Shown here: positions 36,031 through 46,007 of the stretch, piece by piece
How the letters are laid out: each line of letters begins with the position of its first letter
Position numbering within the stretch: the first letter of the stretch is position 1
Virus record (IMG/VR): IMGVR_UViG_2910903598_000005
Coordinates: 5,058 to 69,057 of that record
Strand: one strand, 5' to 3'
From: a virus
Taxonomy: Duplodnaviria; Heunggongvirae; Uroviricota; Caudoviricetes
DNA: 64,000 nucleotides
Made by a program: the position numbers and the translations under genes
The notes under the pieces: model-generated
The model's input: only the letters and a program-made list of their open reading frames with translations
What the model was told of the DNA's origin: nothing
The model's database searches: none

Positions 36031-36783
36031 TTAAGCTAAAGACTTGATCTGATAAATATCTACAAATTCATCATCTGCATCTGTCATCAGGTCAAATGTG
36101 ATCTTCAGTGTAATAGGATCTCCCTCAGCTGCGAAAGCTAATTCGATATTTCTCTGAGGAGTAGCTTTGTAGCAAGTGATATGTAATGGTGTTACAACTC
36201 CCTGCTCTGATTTCTGGTTGATTTCTGCGTCAACTCTGAAATCAGCTAATTCCTGATTATCGTTAATCTTAACTAACTGAAGTGTAGAGTCGTTTACGAT
36301 ATAAGATACATCGTATTTCTTACCAACAGCAATTTCGCTATCTGTTGTAGCTGTAAATACTTTTTCTGCTACGCTTCCTTCAATCTGTGTTCCACCAACG
36401 TCACCTTTTCCGTAAACGAATAATGTTCCGTCTTTTGGCTGATCTGGTAATGTAAGTTTTCCTGCTTCTGTAGCAGTGATCGTCTTCATTTCTGCACGAT
36501 CTCCACCTTCTGTAATTGTACCGTTACCAAAGATAGAGAATAACTCAAATGGATATACCTGAATTTCTGATCCAAGTGTTCCTTCCATTGGGTTAGCAAA
36601 TGTTACAGCATCTCTACCTCTCTTTTTAGCTTTTACAGAATCTGCTGTAATATTTAATGTTACTGTATTTGCATAATCAACTCTTAAAGCCTTTTTGCTT
36701 GTAGCTAAGTTAGTTAACTCAAATACACCGCAGTCACGGCTTGCATATTTCTTACTAGCTGCCATTTTGTCACATCCTTTCAT
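36031..36783 (-). CDS. Major tail tube protein (putative)
   Basis: 250 aa, beta-rich, ends LAFAAEGDPITLKITFDLM; position in the operon. Confidence 0.65.
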   Translation of the reverse strand: MKGCDKMAASKKYASRDCGVFELTNLATSKKALRVDYANTVTLNITADSVKAKKRGRDAVTFANPMEGTLGSEIQVYPFELFSIFGNGTITEGGDRAEMKTITATEAGKLTLPDQPKDGTLFVYGKGDVGGTQIEGSVAEKVFTATTDSEIAVGKKYDVSYIVNDSTLQLVKINDNQELADFRVDAEINQKSEQGVVTPLHITCYKATPQRNIELAFAAEGDPITLKITFDLMTDADDEFVDIYQIKSLA

Positions 36784-36831
36784 TAGAATTTTTAAATTTT
36801 AGTATTAAAAAAAGACCCATAAAGATAGGTC

Positions 36832-37647
36832 TTATTTTTCCTCTTTCAGGTTTTTCAAATATGAATCTTCTTTAAAGTCACTACCTTCAGTTCCCCAGAC
36901 ACTGGCATTAAGAGCCATGATTTGATAATTTCTATCAATTAAAATTCTTTGAAAATTATCATATAATTGAGGAATTGTTAGTTTCCCTACGTTAGTAAAA
37001 TTAATACTTGGGTGATACGCACATACGACAGAGATAATATTTCCGATATCATATTTAGGATCTTGTTTATCTAAGTTTTTTCCACGAGTACGTTTAGCTT
37101 TTGCCTTATCACGTCTACGTTGCATTTGAATAACAACAGGATCTTTTTGTTTTGATAATTCTTCTGACACTGTGCGTTCATTGTTGATATTTGAAATTTG
37201 CATCAGAATATGTAATACATCATCAAAGATTTCTCGATCAATAACCCCGACAACCTGTGATTCGATTTCTCCAGTTTCTTCGTCTTCATGTGTTTTCAAG
37301 ATCTCAAATCTTTTTTCTCTTAATTTATACACAACATCTTCGACAAAATAAAAACAAAATGCTCTCACATAAATCTGTATAACATCTGTGTTTTCTGATA
37401 CCAAATCAAATAATTTAACATCTGTTCGTTCTTCATAAGGTAATGCCAAAAAAGCATCATATTTATCTGGCAGGAGAGCAGAGTAGTAGCTATCTACTGT
37501 CAATGTCATATAACTAGCATATTGCATCCATAACCCTTCACCAATTCTCCTACGATCACTGATCTTAGGTGGCTGAATATGTCCAATTCCAACAGGTATT
37601 GGTTCGCTTGACAGTAGCTGTGAATAAGTAAGTTTTACGTCACTCAC
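36832..37647 (-). CDS. Hypothetical virion morphogenesis protein
   Basis: 271-aa ORF in the operon. Confidence 0.55.
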   Translation of the reverse strand: MSDVKLTYSQLLSSEPIPVGIGHIQPPKISDRRRIGEGLWMQYASYMTLTVDSYYSALLPDKYDAFLALPYEERTDVKLFDLVSENTDVIQIYVRAFCFYFVEDVVYKLREKRFEILKTHEDEETGEIESQVVGVIDREIFDDVLHILMQISNINNERTVSEELSKQKDPVVIQMQRRRDKAKAKRTRGKNLDKQDPKYDIGNIISVVCAYHPSINFTNVGKLTIPQLYDNFQRILIDRNYQIMALNASVWGTEGSDFKEDSYLKNLKEEK

Positions 37648-38246
37648 TTACAAAGCAACTCCATATTTATATCATCAATCCGATACACCATTGTCCTGCC
37701 ATAAAAGTTAGTGTTCGGTTTAAAAGACTGTAATTGGCTTGTACGAGTATCTAATCTCATAGTCCCGATACCAAATGAGTCTTTTATTGATTCGTCAGTT
37801 AAGGCAAGATTGATTGCTTGACAAATCATATCTAAACGATTGCCAGCGTATCCTTTTTCACGCCATTCTGACTTTTCATCATCATCTAGTTTGATAACAT
37901 CTCTATGACATATGACATTGATAACCAATGTGTAATCAATAATAGATGTTGATGTACTAGGATATGTTTCCATTAAGATAATAGATCGTGTATCTGTAAT
38001 GGTTTCATCCATATATGGGACATCTTTACAATGTCCTAATAAACGATTGTCTTTCACTTGCCCATGTATATTTTCGCCAATTTTGCATCCAAACCAATTA
38101 TCCTCGAAAGAATAATCCTCATCATCAAGATATGGCATGGCAAGAGAGTTAACATCATCATTTGTCATTAAAATATTTCCTACGGCTTCTTTGATCAATC
38201 CAAGCGAAACCAGAGGATTTTCCATCATTTTTTCTGTTTTCGTCAT
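37644..38246 (-). CDS. Tail terminator-like protein
   Basis: 200 aa; GNRLDMICQAI...FGIG motif and position. Confidence 0.5.
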   Translation of the reverse strand: MTKTEKMMENPLVSLGLIKEAVGNILMTNDDVNSLAMPYLDDEDYSFEDNWFGCKIGENIHGQVKDNRLLGHCKDVPYMDETITDTRSIILMETYPSTSTSIIDYTLVINVICHRDVIKLDDDEKSEWREKGYAGNRLDMICQAINLALTDESIKDSFGIGTMRLDTRTSQLQSFKPNTNFYGRTMVYRIDDINMELLCK

Positions 38247-38256
38247 TGAATTTCAC

Positions 38257-39321
38257 CTATGTAAGACTTTCTATAGTTATTTCAATAGAAGCAGTAGAAG
38301 AAGTTCCATCTTTTGCAGATAATTTCAAGATGATTTTCTGACCAACTAATGCAGAATTTAACACAAAGATTCCAATGTTTGAACCAGTTTCTTCTATATT
38401 AATAGAGTCTTTTAATTCACATTCAATATCCCATTGAGGATCTTTTGTAACTGCGTTGCCATCTAAGTCTTTAAAAGAAGCGGTAAATGTAGATTTCTTG
38501 CCTACAAAAACTTTCTTGTATCTATACTTAATAGTAGCAGTACATGCCTGCTCTACAGTTGGGGCATCTGGCTGTTCTGGTTTCTCTGGCTGCGTTGGTT
38601 CAGGATCTTTTTTTGGCTCAAAGTAATCACATAATCGCAAGTCTTTTCTGTCTTTCGCTGGGTTAAATTCATCTTTATCAACGATAAAAGATAATACACC
38701 ACCATGTTCAGTACCAAAATGATATAAAACATTATCATCACGAGTGAATGTAAATACGTCATTTGGAACTTCACGAATATCAAGAAATACTCTTTTTCCA
38801 TCAAGACCAAGAGTATCATCGTCTTGCGGTACAATTACCGTATAGTTATTTGATCCAACAAATATAATATTGTTGCCAGTTTTACCAACATCATATTTAG
38901 ATGCCGATTGATAATAAGCCCATCTTTCATGGATATTACCATCTGCATCTTGCCATTTTACAGTAGACTGACACAACTTCATTGTTGTTTTTTCAAACAC
39001 ACCACATTGCCCAGGTCTTCCGTCTATGATCCAGTAATTATTTTCAAAATATACATACATTCCTGCTTTGGAAGTATTACATGGAAATAATACAGTTCTC
39101 TGCATAGTTTTTAATGCAGTATCAGAATCATTATCTTGAACCACACATCGGATAGTCGTTCTTTCTGATAAATCAGAGTTACATAATTCAACCGTAGAAG
39201 CAATGCCTGTATCTAGGATTTCTGCAAATTCATCATCTTTATAATCGTTATACGCATCATTTTCATAACCGCCTGTTAAATTAGGTCGTGTATTAGGTGT
39301 TATTAAATACCAATCTTGCAT
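38257..39321 (-). CDS. Head-tail joining/closure protein with Ig-like C-terminus
   Basis: 354 aa; Pro-rich linker then a beta-rich domain; position. Confidence 0.5.
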   Translation of the reverse strand: MQDWYLITPNTRPNLTGGYENDAYNDYKDDEFAEILDTGIASTVELCNSDLSERTTIRCVVQDNDSDTALKTMQRTVLFPCNTSKAGMYVYFENNYWIIDGRPGQCGVFEKTTMKLCQSTVKWQDADGNIHERWAYYQSASKYDVGKTGNNIIFVGSNNYTVIVPQDDDTLGLDGKRVFLDIREVPNDVFTFTRDDNVLYHFGTEHGGVLSFIVDKDEFNPAKDRKDLRLCDYFEPKKDPEPTQPEKPEQPDAPTVEQACTATIKYRYKKVFVGKKSTFTASFKDLDGNAVTKDPQWDIECELKDSINIEETGSNIGIFVLNSALVGQKIILKLSAKDGTSSTASIEITIESLT

Positions 39322-39333
39322 TTATCGCACCTC

Positions 39334-39729
39334 CTATGTATAAGCGGTAGGTTTCTGATTGTTTGTCATTTTTTCAGCATTATATTTAATAGCATCAAGC
39401 TCATTCTTTGCTGAAGTTTTTGACCCATTATTTCCATCAATACTTAATTCTTTTGTTACAATACTCACTCGTTTATTTACAAGAGAGTAGTAACGCTCTT
39501 GATAATATTGATGCATATATTCTGCCATTGTATCTATGACATATTGATCAAGATCTTCTGAAAATTCTTTTGTTTCTACATCAAATGTAAGATCATCAAT
39601 TTCCATAGAATATCTTGCAATTGCCTTTTTTAGCCATTGAAAAACTAAAGAGTCTGGCAGAGGCGTTTTATCTGCAAATGTAGATTCAAAACTTTGAATT
39701 ACATCATCTGCGGTTGTCATTATAATCAC
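39334..39729 (-). CDS. Head-tail adaptor-like protein
   Basis: 131 aa, helical; position after the capsid genes. Confidence 0.5.
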   Translation of the reverse strand: MIIMTTADDVIQSFESTFADKTPLPDSLVFQWLKKAIARYSMEIDDLTFDVETKEFSEDLDQYVIDTMAEYMHQYYQERYYSLVNKRVSIVTKELSIDGNNGSKTSAKNELDAIKYNAEKMTNNQKPTAYT

Positions 39730-39736
39730 CTACATC

Positions 39737-40234
39737 CTATTTCATTTTGTGTCCTGTATAGTTTTCAATGAATCGAATTTTTTCGTAATCGTTATAATTA
39801 CCTTTTTTAATCATCATCATGACAGCTGATTTTTCAGCACTTGTGACAATATACTCAGAAACTTTGTCCTTAAATGTTTTTGACATCCCTTTATAGGCAA
39901 ATAATTTTGCTACTAATGCAGGCGTTAAAATTTTCTGAACTTTCTTTTCTTTTTTATTGTCAAAGTCTAACTCTTCACGAGTATCAGCGTCTTCAATATA
40001 TAATGTTGCATGAGAGCCAACACCATCAATTCCAGTAAAAAGCATATTCCCGTTCTGCACCTGTGAGATTACTTCTCCACGAGATAAACGAGTAGTACCA
40101 TTTGGTGTAATTGTTACATCTCCTGTGGATTCAATTCTCTGAAATCCTGTTGTCCAATTGGCAAGGCTGCGTACTGTAATTTTTGTTTCCATGCTTAACT
40201 CTTTTACAACTTCTGTATTTTCCATCTCTTTCAA
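39737..40234 (-). CDS. Hypothetical protein
   Basis: 165-aa ORF in the operon. Confidence 0.6.
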   Translation of the reverse strand: MKEMENTEVVKELSMETKITVRSLANWTTGFQRIESTGDVTITPNGTTRLSRGEVISQVQNGNMLFTGIDGVGSHATLYIEDADTREELDFDNKKEKKVQKILTPALVAKLFAYKGMSKTFKDKVSEYIVTSAEKSAVMMMIKKGNYNDYEKIRFIENYTGHKMK

Positions 40235-40263
40235 TTATTTATCCTTTCACAACTAATTATCGT

Positions 40264-40446
40264 TTACTTGAATTTGTATTTTACAGAATTATACAATTCA
40301 ATCTTTTCATCTAAATCTTTCGACTTTTGGAATGTCCAATAACGCACACCAGTATTTTTGTTGATATTAGAAGAAATATAACTTTCGCCTAACCCCATTA
40401 AAAAATAGTGTAGTTTTTTGGAATAGCAAAAGTAAATATCGTTCAT
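40264..40446 (-). CDS. Small hypothetical protein
   Basis: 60 aa with GAGGA SD; YFCYSKKL...YWTF pattern seen in Firmicute phages. Confidence 0.55.
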   Translation of the reverse strand: MNDIYFCYSKKLHYFLMGLGESYISSNINKNTGVRYWTFQKSKDLDEKIELYNSVKYKFK

Positions 40447-40558
40447 GATCTATGTCCTCTATTTAACTAATTAATTGCAAAGATATACAGAATTACCATA
40501 TATCTTTGCAAATAAAAAAGACCCATAAGGTCTACATTTCTTCAACTATTTACGAATT

Positions 40559-41662
40559 CTAGTAAGTACCAAGTTCTGTTGACAGTTTCTTGTCTCCAAG
40601 TAAACCAATCATATATTCTCTTCCTGGAGCAACTAAAGCACCAACTTCAAGGTCATATCTTGTGATTAACTGACCTGTTGATACGTCTGTTCCAGAAATA
40701 GATGTTAATCCACCTCTTGTTACTGTATAGATTGGAGACTGTCCACCAGCAGGAATTACATATCCGAGTCCCTGTGGTAATACTGTCTGGAAGTCTGTTC
40801 CAGCTGCATTCATCAGAGAAGTATCATATGGGTTTGGTAATTCAGAAACAACTGCACCATTATACATTCCCATTAATCCTGTATCGTGGATTTCTTTCAT
40901 AACGGCTTCAGAGATACCTGTAACAGCAGGTGTTGTTCCCTGATATCCTGCGAATGCATTAAGCTGAGAAACTAAAGCATAATCACCAGTGATAGTTGGT
41001 TTTCCGAAACGTCTTACAGGTGTGATAACTCCATCAACACCAGTTTTTGTTAATCCGTCTCCCTCGAAGAAGTATTTAACTCCATCTGCATGTTTGATTG
41101 CTTTGTAGATTGTTTCTACAACATAAGCAGCAGCCTTGTTTCTGATCTGAATAGCGATCTGATTCTTTAACTCGTTTTCATCGCTCATGTCACCAATAGC
41201 AGCTTTTCTATAATCTACTGCATAACCAGCAGAAATAGCTACTGTAGCGATAGGTGTTCTTTTCTTTCTGATTACTGGGAAGTTAACATCCTGACCTAAA
41301 GCCTGTTTGCTTGCTGGGTTTCCAACAAATTCTGGGATTTCAACTTCGCAAGAATCATTATATCCGATTGCTTTGTAATTTCCATAGATGCTTAATAATT
41401 TAGCTTCCTGAAGAATCTGAGGTTCCATTGAGAAACGTCTGATTTCATTTAATTCAGAAACTGCTGATAAATCACCAGCGGAAGCTTTGCTATTTAACTC
41501 TTTAATATAGTTAGCGGCCTGATCTGCTTTTTTTCCGAAACGTGCTAAGTCTTTTCCATCTCTCATTGCAGAGAAAATTTCTACTACAGGAGATTTTGTA
41601 GACACACGACCGCTTGCAAAGTTTGCATCCTTACGTTCGTTGTTTAATTCAAATGTATACAT
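40559..41662 (-). CDS. Major capsid protein
   Basis: 367 aa after protease and decoration genes; strong AAGGAGG SD; followed by a terminator. Confidence 0.75.
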   Translation of the reverse strand: MYTFELNNERKDANFASGRVSTKSPVVEIFSAMRDGKDLARFGKKADQAANYIKELNSKASAGDLSAVSELNEIRRFSMEPQILQEAKLLSIYGNYKAIGYNDSCEVEIPEFVGNPASKQALGQDVNFPVIRKKRTPIATVAISAGYAVDYRKAAIGDMSDENELKNQIAIQIRNKAAAYVVETIYKAIKHADGVKYFFEGDGLTKTGVDGVITPVRRFGKPTITGDYALVSQLNAFAGYQGTTPAVTGISEAVMKEIHDTGLMGMYNGAVVSELPNPYDTSLMNAAGTDFQTVLPQGLGYVIPAGGQSPIYTVTRGGLTSISGTDVSTGQLITRYDLEVGALVAPGREYMIGLLGDKKLSTELGTY

Positions 41663-41688
41663 TTATACTATCCTCCTTTTTAAATTAA

Positions 41689-42129
41689 CTATTTTGATAC
41701 TGACTGTGTAGCTGGAGCAGAAGCAGCAACTCTTACAACAATACCTTTGTGATTTCCAATGATTTCAGTTACTTCTACATATGGTGCAGCAGTATCTCCC
41801 TTAACAAGATCACCCGTTGCTGTAGATTTTAACTTATCACCTTTAGCCACCCCAGTAGGAATCTGTTTTCCATAAATTTCAAGTTCTTTTCCGTCTAATT
41901 TATCAAGATCTAAAACTCTTAAATCTGATCCTTTTGCGATAAAGTATCTGTCTAAACCTTCGTCGTCACCAACTTCAATATTCATTACTACCTGTTTAGC
42001 GTTAGCGGCTAAAGCAAATGTACCTTCTGTTACTGTTCCAAAATCGCCATTATAAACATCTGTTCCTGCAACAGCTTTTACATATGGGTATAATTTCTCG
42101 ATTTCAGAGATATTGCGGAATTTAATCAT
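41689..42129 (-). CDS. Capsid decoration/minor head protein
   Basis: 146 aa between the protease and the major capsid gene. Confidence 0.55.
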   Translation of the reverse strand: MIKFRNISEIEKLYPYVKAVAGTDVYNGDFGTVTEGTFALAANAKQVVMNIEVGDDEGLDRYFIAKGSDLRVLDLDKLDGKELEIYGKQIPTGVAKGDKLKSTATGDLVKGDTAAPYVEVTEIIGNHKGIVVRVAASAPATQSVSK

Positions 42130-42147
42130 TTTTATCTATCCTCCTTA

Positions 42148-43380
42148 TTAAAAAATACTTACATCTTCGTCATCATCAACAACTTCGATAGATTCACATA
42201 CCTCAGAAAAAATATCTTCAACTTTTTCTGAATTTGTTTCTGCTGTAGGCTCTGTGGCAGATGCCTGCTTCTCAGCTGCTTTCTGCTGTGCTACAATATT
42301 CATGCAAATCTTAGATTTGATAGAGTTAACTTCAGAAGCAATTTCGTTTAACTCGTCAATATTTTCGCAAGAGTTAATATCAGATTTTAATTTGTCGATA
42401 TCTTCTTTTGCGACAGCTTTTTCGTCTTCATTGAACTCGCTTAAAGCTTCGTCAACTTCACCTAATTTTTCTGCAACTTTAGCTTTTGCAATTTCTTTTC
42501 TAAGAATTTCGATCTGTTCCCATGCTGTCTCATTCTCTGTCTTTGTGTCTTCAAGAGCTTTCTGTAATTTTTCGACACTTGCATTAAGTTCTGAAATCTT
42601 TACATCCTTTTCTGCGATAACAGAATCTTTCTGCTCAATCACGGAATTCTGCTCAGAAATTTTCTCTTCTAATGCAGATTCTTTAGAATTGATTTCAGAA
42701 ATTGTTTCTTTGATAGCAGAAGTGATTTCTTTCATATCAATTGTTCCGTCCATTTTCTGTTTGTCCTCCTTGTTTTGATTTTCGTTTAATTCCAATACAA
42801 TAGAAGAGGTATCAGCTGGGTTCATTACCATATCCCAACCAGAGTGAATGAATTCAACAGGAATTCTCCCTGTTTCTCTCCATCCATTCATATAAACAAT
42901 TCCTGTATTACCTTTTGCTTTGAAAATTTCTACGCTACCTTCTACGGCAACGCCATTGTTAAGATCTTCTTCAAGATTTGCAACGAATTCTGGATAACAC
43001 ATTTCATCAAGATATCCTTCACCGCATACACATCTCTTTGTTTCACCTTCGTAATCAATGTCGTCAATATATCCTCTTGTAAAATGTCCAACAACACTTG
43101 CATTTCTAAATGTTATTAAGCCATCTTCGTTGACACCAGTTTCTCCGTGACCGCAGATTATTGTTCTGTTTTCATCTAAAAATTCAACACGAACACTCAT
43201 ATCTGTGATACTGCCGAGTTGTGGCGCACAATATTCCTCTAAAAAGGTAATTCCATTTTTGTTGTATTTTGTTCCGATACCATTTTCTACTGATTCAGGA
43301 GGCTGTAATTCGTACAATACGGCTTTAAATGGTCTACGCCCATTTTTGTATTTCTTTTCAGATAACTCTACGATTGCCAT
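42148..43380 (-). CDS. Prohead protease/scaffold
   Basis: N-terminal protease-like domain (GHG...GSVE) then an acidic coiled-coil scaffold. Confidence 0.7.
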   Translation of the reverse strand: MAIVELSEKKYKNGRRPFKAVLYELQPPESVENGIGTKYNKNGITFLEEYCAPQLGSITDMSVRVEFLDENRTIICGHGETGVNEDGLITFRNASVVGHFTRGYIDDIDYEGETKRCVCGEGYLDEMCYPEFVANLEEDLNNGVAVEGSVEIFKAKGNTGIVYMNGWRETGRIPVEFIHSGWDMVMNPADTSSIVLELNENQNKEDKQKMDGTIDMKEITSAIKETISEINSKESALEEKISEQNSVIEQKDSVIAEKDVKISELNASVEKLQKALEDTKTENETAWEQIEILRKEIAKAKVAEKLGEVDEALSEFNEDEKAVAKEDIDKLKSDINSCENIDELNEIASEVNSIKSKICMNIVAQQKAAEKQASATEPTAETNSEKVEDIFSEVCESIEVVDDDEDVSIF

Positions 43381-43427
43381 GTTGTATCCTCCTTTAAAAA
43401 GTTTTGTATAACAAAAAGGAGACTGTG

Positions 43428-44378
43428 TTACACAGCCTCCTTGATATTATTAATATTTAATTTTTCATTGAGAATTTCACCAATTTTATTTTGTTCATAA
43501 TACCAAATCTCTAATAATTCAATATGATTATCTTTTGCAAATTGCTTCTTTCTACGATCATGCTCTTTTTGGATTTCAAATTGTTCTTCAGCTGTAATTT
43601 CTTTTCTTGCTACAAACGGAAGACTTGTAGGTTGTTCATGTTGCTTCCCTTGAAATTCGATCAATATGTTAAAATCTTGCAAATAAAAATCATATGATAG
43701 CTTACCACCTTTAAGACCTAGTAAATTGTTAAATGTTTTCTGTGGTTCAAAATTAATATTATGCACAGATAAATAATCAAAAATAATTCTTTCTCCATGA
43801 GACATATTACAATATGGACATCCGCTTTTGTTTACGAGCACGTTGTCTGGCGTGGTATTCCATACATGTCCACATACAGTGCTAGTAAATGTTGCCTTTT
43901 GTTTTAGACCGGCATATCCTCTCACATATTTAACGGTTGGATTTTTTAACTTCAACTGTTTAATAAAATCTTCTTCTTTTAATCGCTTATTAAATCCAAT
44001 TTTATTATGGGCACATTTTGGACATCCATGTCCTCTTATTAAATGTGTTGGGACACCTTTCCATATATGTCCACACTTATTACACTTAACCAAAATTTTA
44101 GTTCTATCATTAACATATTTTTCTAATGGAGTTATGTCATTATTACAGTCTGCAAGCTCTTTTAAAAATTGCTCTTGAGTTTTTGCCAATGAGCAATTTT
44201 TACATCGACATCCTGAAGATAAGACCGATGGTAAAGTATAATATATCTTGCCACATGTTTTACAACGTACTTTAATCTTGTTTCTTTGTCCATCATATTG
44301 AGACAATATCTCAAGAGATTTATGTATGTTTGAAGAATAACGAGCCATCCATTCATCATGTGTAAGTTTTCTTGACAC
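43428..44378 (-). CDS. Free-standing putative homing endonuclease
   Basis: Three CxxC...GCPxC zinc repeats and a C-terminal YDFYL...IEFQGKQH (Vsr/PD-(D/E)XK-like) domain. Confidence 0.75.
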   Translation of the reverse strand: MSRKLTHDEWMARYSSNIHKSLEILSQYDGQRNKIKVRCKTCGKIYYTLPSVLSSGCRCKNCSLAKTQEQFLKELADCNNDITPLEKYVNDRTKILVKCNKCGHIWKGVPTHLIRGHGCPKCAHNKIGFNKRLKEEDFIKQLKLKNPTVKYVRGYAGLKQKATFTSTVCGHVWNTTPDNVLVNKSGCPYCNMSHGERIIFDYLSVHNINFEPQKTFNNLLGLKGGKLSYDFYLQDFNILIEFQGKQHEQPTSLPFVARKEITAEEQFEIQKEHDRRKKQFAKDNHIELLEIWYYEQNKIGEILNEKLNINNIKEAV

Positions 44379-44402
44379 AATTTTGCCTCTTTTCTTATGA
44401 AA

Positions 44403-46007
44403 TTATTTATTGTCGCTTGGACTTGGAATACTATTTCCGTTATTATTTCTACTTAAAATAGTATTTTTGGTTGGGGTATCTGTCATTGGGCGACCACCAA
44501 CCTGATCATCTTTTGAAACATTGCTTGATGTTAAGTGAGGTAAATAGCGTTCATAAATACCATCTTCGATTTCTTCATCTAATACATTAAAATATGCTTC
44601 TGGGTTAATTCCTGCACTAGCAACAAGATAAGATAAGGAACCGCTTGCCTCTGAATATAATGTTTTGCACATATCAAAGAATGTCTTGCGATTTACAAAA
44701 GAAGTAGGGAAGTAGTAAACTTCCACTGGATTGTTTTGATCTTTAATGACATTTTTGTTAATGACGTAATTTAATTCTTTTTGCCATTCATACACCCATG
44801 TATATACTTGGGCGGTGATCATTTCGAGGTTATTCGCTCCAGCTCCAAAATTACCTGATTCCATTGCACCAAGTAAAGAAGCGCAAATACCTAAATCCAA
44901 AGAGATTTGATTGCTAAGATTTGATTCATTTTTATCATTAAAAATATCTGTAGAAACATCTAAAGAATTGATCTTTGTTCCTGCGGCAACGCTAATGAAA
45001 CTTAATCCACCTTTGTTGTTTTTGTTAACTACAGCGGTTTTAACATCATTATGTTGGGCTTCCTGTTGCTTTTTGGTTAAAGCACAAAGTCCTTTTTCTT
45101 TCCCTTCTGGGAATGTCTGATAGACAACTTTATTGTTCATGTCATCCAAAACATTTCGTTTTGTGTCTGTGAAATAATCTTTATATAGTACATCCTCAAG
45201 AGCAGCAATAACCAATGATCTTCCCCAAGGTTCTGAGTCTTTGCATTTGATTTTTCTACACATTGTTTTATCCGAATTTAATATTAACCAATTGCCGTTT
45301 ACGCCATTACTTTTCTTGCGATCGTAATACCCTTTCCTGATTTCTTCTGGATACTTTTTAAGTTTTCTTTCCCGTGTATCGTCTGTGAAATCATCAAAAT
45401 ATCTCAAGTCAAAACCAACAACAAATCGCCCATTTTTCTTACCAACAATTTTACAATACTGCCAAGGCAAAGAAATAATAGAGACATTGACACCGATGTC
45501 ATTTATCTCCATAATACGCTCAACATCAAAATCATTCATGTATTTTGTATGATCAATATCGGATGGTCTTACTTTGGTTTCGAAGTAATAAAACGCAATT
45601 CCGTCTAACATCTCGGTATGTAATGCATCTCTAATGAAATGTTTGTCGTCGATTGTCTCAAGGGTAGAGCGCATTAAGCGTTTATTATTTTTTGCCTTGT
45701 TGTTATTTTTCTTTTTTGCTTTCGATTTATTGATTAATATACTATCAAGACATGGCAATGCAACCATATAGTCAACAGAATTTGTAACAACTCCGTTTTT
45801 TGTATACACAAAATTTGACAATCTAATGGCGGTTTCGTGGTTTTCAATTGGATTTCTTAAAACACTGCGTATTTCTTCTTTATTAAAATAATCATAAACA
45901 CCACATTGAAAGATAGCGTTAAATATATCTGTTGTTGTATATTGATAACTGTTGTATTCATATGTAGTGTCTTGCTTTACATTTTCTTCCATTTTCCCTC
46001 CTTCCAT
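44403..46007 (-). CDS. Portal protein
   Basis: 534 aa directly after the terminase large subunit. Confidence 0.75.
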   Translation of the reverse strand: MEGGKMEENVKQDTTYEYNSYQYTTTDIFNAIFQCGVYDYFNKEEIRSVLRNPIENHETAIRLSNFVYTKNGVVTNSVDYMVALPCLDSILINKSKAKKKNNNKAKNNKRLMRSTLETIDDKHFIRDALHTEMLDGIAFYYFETKVRPSDIDHTKYMNDFDVERIMEINDIGVNVSIISLPWQYCKIVGKKNGRFVVGFDLRYFDDFTDDTRERKLKKYPEEIRKGYYDRKKSNGVNGNWLILNSDKTMCRKIKCKDSEPWGRSLVIAALEDVLYKDYFTDTKRNVLDDMNNKVVYQTFPEGKEKGLCALTKKQQEAQHNDVKTAVVNKNNKGGLSFISVAAGTKINSLDVSTDIFNDKNESNLSNQISLDLGICASLLGAMESGNFGAGANNLEMITAQVYTWVYEWQKELNYVINKNVIKDQNNPVEVYYFPTSFVNRKTFFDMCKTLYSEASGSLSYLVASAGINPEAYFNVLDEEIEDGIYERYLPHLTSSNVSKDDQVGGRPMTDTPTKNTILSRNNNGNSIPSPSDNK

